Source of the DNA: an uncultured Christensenella sp.
Lineage (GTDB): Bacteria; Bacillota; Clostridia; Christensenellales; UBA1242
DNA length: 64,000 nucleotides
Direction: 5' to 3'
Assembly (NCBI GenBank): GCA_964541825.1
Contig: CAZIRR010000002.1
Location: forward strand, 4,727 to 68,726
The notes under the pieces were generated by a model that was not told where the DNA came from, searched no databases, and saw nothing but the letters and a program-made list of their open reading frames with translations. Of the stretch, positions 44,788 through 55,224 are shown one piece after another; positions within the stretch are counted from its first letter, which is position 1; every line of letters starts with the position of its first letter. Position numbers and translations under genes: made by a program.

Positions 44788-47337
44788 ATGGAAAAGTTTG
44801 TAATAATAGATGGCAATAATTTGATGTTTAGAGCTTTTTATGCTTTGCCACAATTAACCAATTTTGATGGAGAGATAAGCAATGCAGTCTTTGGTTTCAC
44901 CAATATGCTTGTCAAGGTAATTCGAGAAATAAATCCTAAGTATATTGCTGTGGCATTCGATGTATCTAAGAAAAATTTTAGACACGACAAATATCCCGAA
45001 TACAAAGGAACTAGGAAACCTACTCCTAGCGAACTTATTTCTCAATTCCCTATAGTTAAAGATTTGTTGCAAAAAATGCACATTTGTGTTGTTGAAGAAA
45101 AAGGTTTGGAAGCAGATGACTTAATGGGGTGTCTAAGTAGACAATTCGATGTGGAGAATATTATTGTTTCGGCAGACAGAGATTCTTTTCAATTGATTAA
45201 TTCTAATACAAGTGTTCTTTGCCCAATAAAAGGAATAAGTGAAACAACACTTGTGACAATTGATAATATTGAAGAATTTTATGGAGTACAAGCCAATCAA
45301 GTAGTAGACCTAAAAAGTTTGATGGGTGATACATCAGATAATATTCCAGGGGTTGCAGGTGTTGGTGAGAAAACGGCAAAAAACCTTATACAAACTTACC
45401 AAAATCTTGATGGGGTGTATGCACATATAGAAGAAATCAAGGGCAAATTAAAAGATAAACTTCTTCAAGATAGAGAAAAAGCATATCTATCGCAAGATTT
45501 GGCAACAATAGTTACAGACAAAAAATTAAATTACGATTTGCAAGATTTTGAATACGTCTTTCCATTTAATAGTGATGTTAAGAATATTTTTAAAAGATAT
45601 CAATTCAATTCTCTACTAAAGCGAGAAGAACTCTTCCTAGGAGATGTAGAATTAGAAGAAGAAAGTAGTGTTGAGGTTGTAAATATTGATAGTGAAGCTA
45701 AACTTGACGAGTTGCTAGAAGTATTGAATTCAACTTCAGAAATTAGTATATATTTTGATAATTTATCTACAAATATTTATGTAGATAAAGAATATAAAAT
45801 TTGTTGTAGTCAAGATTTATTAACCCCACAAATAGATTATAATTATTTTTTATCTAAGATTAAAAATATTTTGGAAAATAGTAATATCAAGAAAAATGTT
45901 TTCGATGCAAAATCATTGAAATATTACTTGCAAAATTTGGGAATAGAAATAAAGAATATTTCTTTCGATTGTCTAATTGCTCGATATTTAATCAATTCTA
46001 TTGCCAAACCAAATGTTACTCTAGATGATGTAATTATTGAATGTGGCTTGAATTGTAATAGTCTAGGATATGCAATTAAACTTATCAAAGATATGTACTA
46101 TGCAAAAATGCAAAAAATGGATTTACTCCGTCTATTTGATGAGATTGAAATGCCTCTAATTAATGTTCTTTTTGATATGGAAAATCAAGGATTTAAAGTA
46201 GACAAGGAAGAAACGCAAAACTTGGAGGAAAGATATAGAGAAGAAATAAATAATATCGAAAACGAGATATATGAATGTGCAACATATAAATTCAATATAA
46301 GTAGTCCTAAGCAATTGGGGGAAGTCCTTTTTGATAAATTGCAATTGAATATTCCTAGCAATAAAAAGAAGAGTACGAGCATTGAGATTTTGAATGAAAT
46401 AGCTGATAAACACCCAATAGTGCCACTTATAATTAGATATAGGACAATTACAAAATTATATAATACTTACATTTTGGGTTTTTTGAATTTGCTAGACAAT
46501 AATAATAAAATCCATACTATTTTCAATCAAACGCTTACATCTACGGGCAGGCTAAGTAGTAGCGAGCCTAATCTTCAGAATATTCCAGTTAGGACAGAAG
46601 AAGGTAGGTCTCTGAGAAAAGTTTTTGTTCCTACACATAGTGATGGATTTATTGTTAGTGCAGATTACTCACAAATAGAATTGCGATTGCTTGCAAACTT
46701 TAGTGGGGACGAAAAATTGATTGATGCGTTTAATAATGGTGAAGATATCCATTCTAGGACGGCTAGTGAGATATTTGGAATACCTATTGAGAGTGTAACA
46801 TCTGAATTTAGAAGAAAAGCAAAAGCTATTAATTTTGGCATAGTATATGGTATAAGCGACTTTGGCCTTAGTCAAAATATAGGCATAAGTCGAAAAGAGG
46901 CTAGTAACTATATAAAATTATATTTTGAAAGATATCCAAAAATTGAAAAGTATATGCAGTCAAATGTAGAATTTTGTAAGCAAAATGGATATATAAAAAC
47001 ATTGTTTGGCAGAATTAGGCCTATACCAGAAATATCCAGTTCCAATCATAATATTAGAACTTTTGGCGAAAGAGCATCAATGAATATGCCTCTTCAAGGT
47101 AGTGCAAGCGATATTATCAAACTTGCTATGGTAAGGATATTTGATAAGTTTGCCGAACAAAAATTAAAAAGTAAAATTATATTGCAAGTTCACGATGAAT
47201 TGGTTGTAGATTGTTATCCTGGAGAATTGGATATGGTAAAAGACATCTTGAAAAAAGAGATGGAGAACGTTGTTGACTTAAGTGTCAAACTTACAGTCAA
47301 TATTGAATGTGGTAAGACTTGGTATGAGGCAAAATAG
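44788..47337 (+). CDS. polA: DNA polymerase I
   Basis: 5'-nuclease N-domain (DGNNLMFRAFYA, GDTSDNIPGVAGVGEKTA); Pol A motifs (DYSQIELRLLA, RRKAKAINFGIVYG, QVHDELV). Confidence 0.95.
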   Translation: MEKFVIIDGNNLMFRAFYALPQLTNFDGEISNAVFGFTNMLVKVIREINPKYIAVAFDVSKKNFRHDKYPEYKGTRKPTPSELISQFPIVKDLLQKMHICVVEEKGLEADDLMGCLSRQFDVENIIVSADRDSFQLINSNTSVLCPIKGISETTLVTIDNIEEFYGVQANQVVDLKSLMGDTSDNIPGVAGVGEKTAKNLIQTYQNLDGVYAHIEEIKGKLKDKLLQDREKAYLSQDLATIVTDKKLNYDLQDFEYVFPFNSDVKNIFKRYQFNSLLKREELFLGDVELEEESSVEVVNIDSEAKLDELLEVLNSTSEISIYFDNLSTNIYVDKEYKICCSQDLLTPQIDYNYFLSKIKNILENSNIKKNVFDAKSLKYYLQNLGIEIKNISFDCLIARYLINSIAKPNVTLDDVIIECGLNCNSLGYAIKLIKDMYYAKMQKMDLLRLFDEIEMPLINVLFDMENQGFKVDKEETQNLEERYREEINNIENEIYECATYKFNISSPKQLGEVLFDKLQLNIPSNKKKSTSIEILNEIADKHPIVPLIIRYRTITKLYNTYILGFLNLLDNNNKIHTIFNQTLTSTGRLSSSEPNLQNIPVRTEEGRSLRKVFVPTHSDGFIVSADYSQIELRLLANFSGDEKLIDAFNNGEDIHSRTASEIFGIPIESVTSEFRRKAKAINFGIVYGISDFGLSQNIGISRKEASNYIKLYFERYPKIEKYMQSNVEFCKQNGYIKTLFGRIRPIPEISSSNHNIRTFGERASMNMPLQGSASDIIKLAMVRIFDKFAEQKLKSKIILQVHDELVVDCYPGELDMVKDILKKEMENVVDLSVKLTVNIECGKTWYEAK

Positions 47338-47345
47338 GAGAACAT

Positions 47346-48623
47346 ATGAAAAAAGTTATTAAAAATGCAATACTTGTAACTTTGAATAATAATAATGAAA
47401 TAATTAAAAATGGCCAAATTGAAATTGAAGGCAATAAAATAACTTATATTGGTGACAATAGAGAAATGCCGGGTGAAATTATAGACGCTAGAGGCAATAT
47501 TGTTATGCCAGGGCTTATTAATACTCATTGCCATTTAGCTATGACTCTATTTAGAGGTTTTGGCGAAAATTCCAATTTCAAGAATTGGTGGATTGATTAT
47601 ATGAGACCATTGGAAGGGAAATTAGAAAAGGGAGATTGCTATAATGGGGCAACTCTTGGTATTTTGGAATTGCTAAAAAATGGAGTGACGACAGTTGCTG
47701 ATTTTTATCTATATAATGATGAAACTGCGCGTGCTGTAGTGGATACGGGCATTAGAGCTTCTATAGGTGTTGGAGCAATAACAGGTAGGGAATTTTTAAG
47801 TGAAAAATATATTGATGAAGAAATAAAGAAAATTTCCATAAGCGATAGAATTAAACCTATACTTTATGCGCATAGTCTATATTCTTGTGATGAAAGTCAT
47901 TTTTTGGAATTAAACAAATACGCAAGTAAACACAAACTTATAAAATCAACACACGTTAGCGAAACATTGCAAGAAGTAGGCAATATTTTTGCAGAGTACA
48001 ATACTACACCTATAGGATTACTTGAAAGTTATGGATTTTTTGATACCCCTTGTATCCTTGCGCATTGCGTACATTGTGACAAAGATGACATCACAATAAT
48101 GAAAAATTATGATATAACTGTAGCAACCAATCCATCAAGCAATTTGATTTTGGGTAGTGGAATTGCACCGCTTTATAGTTTTGTTAAGAATAATATTAAT
48201 GTATCTATAGGCACTGATGGTGCTGCTAGCAATAATAATTTAAATATGTTTAAAGAGATGTATTTGGCAGACAATTTGCAAGCAGGAGTATTGAATCAGG
48301 CGAAAGCCATTACAACTATTGATGCTTTGAAAATGGCAACAGTTCGAGGTGCTTTGGCACTAGGATATGACAATTTGGGAGTATTGGAAGAAGGATATTT
48401 GGCAGATATAATTATGATAGATATTCATAGACCAAATATGCAACCGATAAATGATGTTTTTAATAATATAGTCAATTCTTGTGAATCCAACAATATAATA
48501 ATGACTATGGTCGATGGGGAAATATTGTATAGAGACGAAAAGTATTTATGCAATGTGAATTATGAAGAAATAGCAAATAGATGCAACAAAATTATTGATA
48601 GAATAGAGAATTCATTTATTTGA
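47346..48623 (+). CDS. amidohydrolase, MtaD-like 5-methylthioadenosine/S-adenosylhomocysteine deaminase family
   Basis: PGLINTHCHLAMTLFRG metal-binding HxH, HVSE, TDGAASNN. Confidence 0.7.
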   Translation: MKKVIKNAILVTLNNNNEIIKNGQIEIEGNKITYIGDNREMPGEIIDARGNIVMPGLINTHCHLAMTLFRGFGENSNFKNWWIDYMRPLEGKLEKGDCYNGATLGILELLKNGVTTVADFYLYNDETARAVVDTGIRASIGVGAITGREFLSEKYIDEEIKKISISDRIKPILYAHSLYSCDESHFLELNKYASKHKLIKSTHVSETLQEVGNIFAEYNTTPIGLLESYGFFDTPCILAHCVHCDKDDITIMKNYDITVATNPSSNLILGSGIAPLYSFVKNNINVSIGTDGAASNNNLNMFKEMYLADNLQAGVLNQAKAITTIDALKMATVRGALALGYDNLGVLEEGYLADIIMIDIHRPNMQPINDVFNNIVNSCESNNIIMTMVDGEILYRDEKYLCNVNYEEIANRCNKIIDRIENSFI

Positions 48624-48736
48624 CCTTCAATTTGACTTTGTATTGATATGTATTAATTTTATTTTTGTAAATAATTAAATTTTCAGACAATAAATACCAT
48701 TAATTTTTTAATCGAAAATAATATTTATGAAACTAG

Positions 48737-48761
48737 AAAAGCCTAAAAATAGGCTTTTTTT
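48737..48761 (+). terminator. rho-independent terminator
   Basis: AAAGCCTA / TAGGCTTT stem followed by T7. Confidence 0.7.
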
Positions 48762-48799
48762 ATATTTAAAAAATTTATGAAAAAATTGTCATCAATCTC

Positions 48800-48828
48800 T
48801 TGACAAAGGAGAATGTGAGTGATAATAT
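48800..48828 (+). promoter_or_regulatory. sigma-A promoter (extended -10) of the ctsR operon
   Basis: TTGACA, 17-nt spacer ending in TGa, TAATAT. Confidence 0.7.
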
Positions 48829-48837
48829 ATAATCGAA

Positions 48838-48854
48838 AGTCAAAGAAAGTCAAA
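48838..48854 (+). promoter_or_regulatory. CtsR operator (tandem heptad AGTCAAA-GAA-AGTCAAA)
   Basis: Exact fit to the consensus RGTCAAANANRGTCAAA, 10 nt downstream of the -10 and upstream of ctsR (autoregulation). Confidence 0.85.
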
Positions 48855-48871
48855 CTTTCAAAGGAGGGCAT

Positions 48872-49327
48872 ATGTCAAATATTAGCGATATTATAGAAGA
48901 ATTTATTTTAGAGCAATTAGATGATACTGATTTTATAAATTTGAGTAGAAATGAACTTGCTAATTTTTTTAATTGTGCGCCTAGTCAGATTAATTACGTA
49001 TTATCTACACGATTTACTCTTCCCAAAGGCTATATTATAGAGTCTCATAGAGGCGGTGGAGGATATATTAAATTGGAGAGGATTAATTTGAATAAAAACG
49101 ATTACTTGAAAAATTTGATTTCGAATACTCTTCTAGAAGATATATCATATAGTGAGAGTATCAAAATTCTAGACGATTTAAATAGACTTAATATTTTGGG
49201 AGAAGAGAGTTGTGATGTCTTGAAATTTGCGTTGTCGCAAAAAGCTCTAGCAATGCCGATAAAAATAGAAAATAAACAGAGAGCAAATATTTTGAGGAAT
49301 GTATTAATAAATATATTAAAGGAGTAA
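48872..49327 (+). CDS. ctsR: class III stress-gene repressor CtsR
   Basis: MSNISDIIE.FI..L, LSRNELANFFNCAPSQINYVLSTRFT...GYIIESHRGGGGYIKL is the CtsR signature. Confidence 0.92.
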   Translation: MSNISDIIEEFILEQLDDTDFINLSRNELANFFNCAPSQINYVLSTRFTLPKGYIIESHRGGGGYIKLERINLNKNDYLKNLISNTLLEDISYSESIKILDDLNRLNILGEESCDVLKFALSQKALAMPIKIENKQRANILRNVLINILKE

Positions 49328-49333
49328 ATAATT

Positions 49334-49762
49334 ATGTTGTGTGATTTGTGTAAAAAAAATATGGCAACTTATCATAGCAAAACCATTATCAATGGCATAG
49401 AGAGTAGCGAACATCTATGTGCTGAATGTGCTAGAATTATGAATAGAAATGTTGATTTTGATAGTTTTGATATGTTTGATATTTTTCATTCGCCATTAGA
49501 TTATGATGATGGCATAGAACTAATTTCAAGTGATTTATTTGATAATTCATTCGGCCGTCAAAAAGAGAATAACCAAGGTATTATAGAAAATGCTCTAGAA
49601 TCTATCAAAAAGGGTGCAAAGAAATATAAAGATGAAAAGTCCAAAATAGACCCCGAATTAGAGAATTTGAAACAACAATTAAAAGAAGCTGTTGAAAAGG
49701 AAGATTTTGAGAAAGCTTTTCAATTAAAAAAAGAAATAGACAAAAAAGAGAAGGGAGATTAA
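49334..49762 (+). CDS. McsA-like protein (two CxxC zinc knuckles plus C-terminal UVR motif)
   Basis: CDLC...CAEC at the N-terminus; LKQQLKEAVEKEDFEKAFQLKKEI resembles a UvrB/UvrC motif. Lies between ctsR and clpC. Confidence 0.65.
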   Translation: MLCDLCKKNMATYHSKTIINGIESSEHLCAECARIMNRNVDFDSFDMFDIFHSPLDYDDGIELISSDLFDNSFGRQKENNQGIIENALESIKKGAKKYKDEKSKIDPELENLKQQLKEAVEKEDFEKAFQLKKEIDKKEKGD

Positions 49763-49764
49763 TT

Positions 49765-52260
49765 ATGTATAATAATCTTAAATTTACAGAAAATACCGAT
49801 CTTGCATTGCAGTATGCTGGCAGTATAGCTCTACAGTTTGGCTCTTATACTATTGATACAGAGCATATTTTGTATGGACTTACAAAAATAACAGATAGTG
49901 TTGCTTGCAAAATTTTAAAAAATTATGGTATTACATCTTCTGCACTAGAAAATGTATTTAGCAAACTTTATAGAAATACAAGTACTCTTATTTCTAATGA
50001 AGTCGAATTGTCGATAGATACCAAAGAGTCTATTCTTATAGCTAGTCAATTTGCTAGCCAGATAGGTCACGATTTCGTAGGTACAGAGCATCTGCTTATT
50101 GCCATTCTTATGGGGGATAATTATGATGCAGGGAATATAATCAAAAGATATTTCAAAGCTAATATCTACGATATCAAAAATAGCGTTCTGCAAGTATTAA
50201 AGTCCAAAGCAATGGGAGTGAATTTGGGCGAAAATGATATGGGTTATTCAGATATGAATAATACTATGCAAAATGCAAATTATTCCCAAAATATGGCAAA
50301 TTTACCAGACTTTATGAAATCTATGGGTAGGGATTTGACAGAAAAGGCTAGAGATGGCAAAATAGACCCAATTATCGGTAGACAAGAAGAAATAGAAAGA
50401 GTTATAGAAATATTATGTAGAAAGAACAAAAATAACCCTGTATTAATTGGAGAAGCAGGTGTCGGAAAAAGTGCTGTAGTCGATGGGTTGGCTCTGGCTA
50501 TTGCTAATGGCGATGTTCCAGAACTTCTAAAAAATAAAACTATCTTTTCTCTAGAATTAGGCGGTTTGATGGCTGGCACAAAATACAGAGGAGAATTGGA
50601 AGAGCGTCTAAAACAAGTAATAGATTATATTACATCAAACAAAGATATCATAGTATTTATAGACGAAATCCATACATTAGTTCAAGTAGGTGGAGATAAA
50701 GGAGAAGTTAATCCAGCAGATATGTTAAAGCCATATTTGGCAAGAGGGGAATTTCAAACTATAGGTGCTACTACTACCGATGAATATAGGAAATATATAG
50801 AAAAAGACAAAGCATTAGAAAGAAGATTTCAGCCTGTTATAGTCAATCCTCCAACTGTTGAACAAACTATAGCAATTTTAAGAGGGCTAAAAGATAGTTT
50901 TGAAGTTTTCCACAAAGTTAAGATTACAGATGATGCAATTATCGCAGCGGCATCGCTTAGTGATAGATATATAATGGATAGAAGTTTACCAGACAAGGCA
51001 ATCGATTTGATAGACGAGGCAAGTAGCAAAGTTAAAGTTATTGGCAAGAAAAAACCAGACGATGTCAAAAATCTAGAAGATGAAATAGCTAAATTTGAAG
51101 CAGAAAAGAAAGAAGCTTTATTTGCCGAAAACTTTGAGAAAGCGGGACAGTTTAGAGATAAAATTAGAGAAGCCCAGGAGAAATTAAAAAATCTGATATC
51201 TTCAAATTCTACATCTGACGAATTGACTATCACTCAAGATGATATATGTAATATAATAAGCGAATGGACCAAAATCCCTGTGTCAAAGATTACCGAGAAT
51301 GAGAGAGAAAGATTATTAAAATTGGAAGATATTTTGCATAAACGTGTAATTGGTCAAAATGAAGCTGTTGAGGCTGTGAGCAAAGCTATAAGAAGAGCAA
51401 GGATTGGTCTAAAAGATAATTCTAGACCGATAGGTAGTTTTATGTTTTTGGGGCAAACCGGTGTAGGTAAGACAGAACTATGCAAAGCTTTGGCAGAGGC
51501 GATGTTTGATAATGAAAATGCTGTTATTAGGCTAGATATGAGTGAATATATGGAGAAGCATAGTGTAAGCAAACTTATCGGCTCGCCACCAGGATATGTG
51601 GGATTTGATGAGGGTGGTCAATTAACAGAGAGAGTTAGAAGGAAGCCTTATTCAGTTATACTTTTCGACGAGATAGAAAAGGCACACCCCGATGTATTTA
51701 ATTTGTTATTGCAAGTTTTAGATGATGGTAGGCTTACAGATAGTCAAGGAAGGACGATATCTTTTAAAAATACTATTATTATCTTTACTTCAAATGTAGG
51801 GGTAAGTGAATTACCAAAGAAAAAAGGTGGTCTTGGATTTGGAGAAAATGCCGACAACAAAGAATTGGATTATAATGAAATCAAAGATATTTTGACATCA
51901 GCTTTGAAGAGACATTTTAAACCAGAGTTTCTAAATAGAATTGATGTAGTCACTGTATTCCACCCACTTAATTATGACCAGTTGTCACAAATAGCCAAAT
52001 TGTTTATAAGCAATCTAAATAAGAGATTAAATAGACAAGGGGCAAATCTAAAGGTGACCGAAAGTGCATTAAAGTATTTGATAGATAAAGGTTATGATAG
52101 TGAATACGGTGCAAGACCGCTCAGACGTCTAATTGAACAAGAAATAGAAGATAGAATTGCCGAACAATATTTGGAGGGTAATATCCCAACAGGCTCAACT
52201 ATAATAATATCTGCCAAAGATGGCAAATTATCTTTTAAAGTAACACCGCAAGAAAAGTAA
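49765..52260 (+). CDS. clpC: ATP-dependent Clp protease ATP-binding subunit ClpC
   Basis: Clp-N repeats, two AAA+ modules (GEAGVGKSA, GQTGVGKTE), UVR linker (ENFEKAGQFRDKI). Confidence 0.95.
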   Translation: MYNNLKFTENTDLALQYAGSIALQFGSYTIDTEHILYGLTKITDSVACKILKNYGITSSALENVFSKLYRNTSTLISNEVELSIDTKESILIASQFASQIGHDFVGTEHLLIAILMGDNYDAGNIIKRYFKANIYDIKNSVLQVLKSKAMGVNLGENDMGYSDMNNTMQNANYSQNMANLPDFMKSMGRDLTEKARDGKIDPIIGRQEEIERVIEILCRKNKNNPVLIGEAGVGKSAVVDGLALAIANGDVPELLKNKTIFSLELGGLMAGTKYRGELEERLKQVIDYITSNKDIIVFIDEIHTLVQVGGDKGEVNPADMLKPYLARGEFQTIGATTTDEYRKYIEKDKALERRFQPVIVNPPTVEQTIAILRGLKDSFEVFHKVKITDDAIIAAASLSDRYIMDRSLPDKAIDLIDEASSKVKVIGKKKPDDVKNLEDEIAKFEAEKKEALFAENFEKAGQFRDKIREAQEKLKNLISSNSTSDELTITQDDICNIISEWTKIPVSKITENERERLLKLEDILHKRVIGQNEAVEAVSKAIRRARIGLKDNSRPIGSFMFLGQTGVGKTELCKALAEAMFDNENAVIRLDMSEYMEKHSVSKLIGSPPGYVGFDEGGQLTERVRRKPYSVILFDEIEKAHPDVFNLLLQVLDDGRLTDSQGRTISFKNTIIIFTSNVGVSELPKKKGGLGFGENADNKELDYNEIKDILTSALKRHFKPEFLNRIDVVTVFHPLNYDQLSQIAKLFISNLNKRLNRQGANLKVTESALKYLIDKGYDSEYGARPLRRLIEQEIEDRIAEQYLEGNIPTGSTIIISAKDGKLSFKVTPQEK

Positions 52261-52382
52261 TGTAAAATATTTGTGTTTGTATTAAATATTTGCTAAAATT
52301 ATAGTGTGGGGATAAAATATTTTATTTAAAAACATTTATTTTTTCGACACACGAGTAATTTTTATAAAAAGAGGGGAGAAAT

Positions 52383-52913
52383 ATGGAAATAAAATACGTT
52401 TCAAAAAATTACAAAATCTCCGATAAATTAAAAGATATTATCGAGAAAAAATTACAGAAATTGGGAAAATACTTTACCAAAGATACAACAATTAAAGTGT
52501 GCTGTACTGAACAAAATGATATATGCACTTTAGAAGTAACAATCAATAGTGCGGGATTATTTATCCGTAGCGAAGTAGCAAGTGATAATATGTACAATAA
52601 TATAGATTTGGCTATGCCAAAATTAGAAAGACAAATTGTAAAAAATAACAAAAAGTACAAAAATAAATTTGCAGAAAAAATGATTGAAGATGCTTTTGAA
52701 TTTTTAGAAGAAGAGCCTGTGTTTACATCTCCAAAAGTGGTTAAGAAGAAAACTTTTGAATTAGACCCAATGACAGTAGAAGATGCTGAAGCATATATGG
52801 AAGCTGTTGGACATAATTTCTATGTATTCTTGAATGCAGAAAGTGGAGAAATCAATGTCCTATACAAAAGAAATGATGGCAATCTAGGCTTAATTGAAGC
52901 TATCAAAGATTAA
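52383..52913 (+). CDS. hpf: ribosome hibernation promoting factor, long form
   Basis: S30AE N-domain plus C-terminal dimerisation domain (PMTVEDAEAYMEAVGHNFYVFLNAESGEINVLYKRNDGNLGLIE). Confidence 0.9.
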   Translation: MEIKYVSKNYKISDKLKDIIEKKLQKLGKYFTKDTTIKVCCTEQNDICTLEVTINSAGLFIRSEVASDNMYNNIDLAMPKLERQIVKNNKKYKNKFAEKMIEDAFEFLEEEPVFTSPKVVKKKTFELDPMTVEDAEAYMEAVGHNFYVFLNAESGEINVLYKRNDGNLGLIEAIKD

Positions 52914-53034
52914 TTTTGTATTTATATAATTTTAAAAAATTGAAAGTTTTGTGTATAATTTGCTTGACAAATTTACATATTTCTTTCAATTTTTTTGTTT
53001 AAATTTGCAAGATAAAAATAAATTTTATCAAAAA

Positions 53035-53058
53035 AATGCCTATTATTAGGCATTTTTT
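53035..53058 (+). terminator. rho-independent terminator of hpf
   Basis: AATGCCTA / TAGGCATT stem followed by T6. Confidence 0.7.
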
Positions 53059-53124
53059 AGGGGTTTTGAATTTTTTTTGAAATTAGGTATTGACTTATGG
53101 AACTAATTTTGTTACACTATAGGT

Positions 53125-53216
53125 GCATTTTAATAAACTTAAAATGTTTTTCCATTTTTCATTCTACCTATATACATATATTTAGGTAAAGGAGGTCTGA
53201 GATGACCTCTTTTTTT
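53125..53216 (+). ncRNA. candidate ~90-nt small RNA (promoter to terminator unit)
   Basis: TTGACT (53090), 17-nt spacer, TACACT (53113). 5' hairpin CATTTTAA-TAAAC-TTAAAATG (53126-53146). Terminator GAGGTC-TGAGAT-GACCTC plus T7 (53191-53216). No convincing ORF. Confidence 0.35.
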
Positions 53217-53227
53217 GTAAAAAAATA

Positions 53228-53761
53228 TTATTCACTAGGGGCTTGTGCCTCTTTTTTCGTTTTTAAAAACAATTGTATTATTGCTATTGCTGAACAACAG
53301 ACAAGTACTGTATTTATAATTGCTCCTACATAAGATTTCAACAAAAACATATATATGGTATTTGTGGTGTTATTGATGGCAAGAGAAATTTTGTTTACAA
53401 ATAAATTGTTGATGCTCATACATACGAAATAATTTGCCATTCCAATCATTGGGAATATCGATATTATGCCTTGCCAAGTAAAGATTCCTATTATTACCGA
53501 TATGCAGGAAAACAATATGCCTATATAAATCATCTTTTTTTCGTGATTATTTTTCTTTAAGAAATAAGAAATAATAAGGAATAGAATGTCTGTAAGTACT
53601 ATATATGAGCCAGTAAATCCACCCAGTATTAAATAGTGTGTGGCAAAAAACATATCAGATATAATTAGCCAAAATAGAACTTTAATTTTGCTTTTTGAGA
53701 ATACTGAAAGAATAAAAAATATTGCTGAAATAAATACAAAAATTTGAGATAATATATACAT
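53228..53761 (-). CDS. YgjV-like inner membrane protein
   Basis: 177 aa, ~5-6 TM helices, pattern FATHYLILGGFTGS. Immediately downstream of the MFS gene. Confidence 0.5.
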   Translation of the reverse strand: MYILSQIFVFISAIFFILSVFSKSKIKVLFWLIISDMFFATHYLILGGFTGSYIVLTDILFLIISYFLKKNNHEKKMIYIGILFSCISVIIGIFTWQGIISIFPMIGMANYFVCMSINNLFVNKISLAINNTTNTIYMFLLKSYVGAIINTVLVCCSAIAIIQLFLKTKKEAQAPSE

Positions 53762-53762
53762 T

Positions 53763-54983
53763 TTATTGCCTAATAATTTCGTTATTTTGCAAATAATTGA
53801 CTAGATTTTGTCTAGTTTTTTCTTCGCAATAGGGGATAATAAATCCAGATGCACACATAAATACAAGAACTGATACAAAAATTCCAATAAGTCCAAAGTA
53901 CCCGCAAGAATATCCGATACAATAAGCCGAAACGCAAGATACTTCTCTTACATAAAGTGCTTTGTTGGATACTCCCATAATTCTAGACTTAATAAGCATT
54001 CTATCTAGGACGAAAAGAGAAATAAATGGATAAGAAAACCCTAATGCTCCATAAATCAAACAAACAAGTATAAAGTATTTATCAACATTTACAAAAGGTA
54101 GAGCGATAGCAAGTATGCCAATAATTATGCTAAATATGGAGACCAATTTGGTCAAATCTTTCTTTTCATTCAAAATTCCTGCAACAAAGAATCCGATAGC
54201 ATACATACTATGGAATACTGCATTCAAGATTCCGGCAAGAGCAAATTCGCCTTTTTGGATAAAGACAAATAGAGAATAAGAAGTAGAAATGATATCGTAG
54301 AATGCAAAAGTAAAATATGCAAGTCCATAGCAAAGAAGCATTTTTTTAGTTAATTTAATTGATTTTTTCTTATATTCAGAATTTTTTGATAGGGTATTGA
54401 TTGCATTCGATGTAGCATCTTTATTGAATGTTTTTTGATTTTTACTTTTGATATAAAAACTAACAAGAGGAATGACGCTGATAGCATAAATAACAAGAGA
54501 AATTATCAAAACTAAAGTTTTGTTTAAATCTAGCAAAAAACCTCCTACAATAAGTGCAACGATTACACCTATCTGCTCAAACAATCTAGTTACACCTAGT
54601 GATTTGTCGGATTTTTGACTAAGAGAAGAATAATTGTAAATAATTTCTTTGGATAAACCATTAAGAGAATTGTCTAATGCGTGGAATATGCATACGCCGA
54701 TAACTCCAACAATTAGATTGACATCAAGAACAAAAATAAACACATTGTAAATAGTAATAGGGATAATTCTAAGAAGTAGAAACAATTGAGGATATTTGCC
54801 ATAGAGATTTTTGAGTAATAATTCAAATATTAATCTCAAGACATTGTTTCCCACTAAATAACTTATTGCAAATAACAAATTGCCTGTCGCTTGATAAACA
54901 ATAAGAGGCACAAAAGCACCAACTAAATTGTTGGCAAAATTTGCAATCATTTTGTGAAAATTTAATAATTTTAATTGATCCAT
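53763..54983 (-). CDS. MFS-type transporter
   Basis: 406 aa, ~12 TM helices. Paralogous to the divergent gene at 55225 (N-termini FHKMIANFANNLVGAFVPLIVYQ vs FNRFMSNFSTKLVGGFVPIIVYK). Confidence 0.65.
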   Translation of the reverse strand: MDQLKLLNFHKMIANFANNLVGAFVPLIVYQATGNLLFAISYLVGNNVLRLIFELLLKNLYGKYPQLFLLLRIIPITIYNVFIFVLDVNLIVGVIGVCIFHALDNSLNGLSKEIIYNYSSLSQKSDKSLGVTRLFEQIGVIVALIVGGFLLDLNKTLVLIISLVIYAISVIPLVSFYIKSKNQKTFNKDATSNAINTLSKNSEYKKKSIKLTKKMLLCYGLAYFTFAFYDIISTSYSLFVFIQKGEFALAGILNAVFHSMYAIGFFVAGILNEKKDLTKLVSIFSIIIGILAIALPFVNVDKYFILVCLIYGALGFSYPFISLFVLDRMLIKSRIMGVSNKALYVREVSCVSAYCIGYSCGYFGLIGIFVSVLVFMCASGFIIPYCEEKTRQNLVNYLQNNEIIRQ

Positions 54984-55224
54984 TTTTATCCTACATTTTA
55001 TATTACTGAAATCTTTGGAAATTCGTCAAAATTTTTCAATTCGTGTTAAAAATTTTTGACAAAATTTAGATTTTGCACATACATATTTACATCATACATT
55101 ATATAGTAACATAATTAAAAATATTTTGAAAATGAATTTGCTAAAAATAATTATATTTTTTATTTTGATATGAAATAATAATATGTTAGAATAAATTAAA
55201 TAAAAGGTGTAGGAGCGTCAAAGA

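Noticed and set aside
53202-53333. 43-codon ORF with an apparently ideal AGGAGG SD
   Set aside because: The SD is the 5' arm of the terminator hairpin. The ORF runs antisense into the 3' end of the 53228..53761 gene and has no recognisable features.
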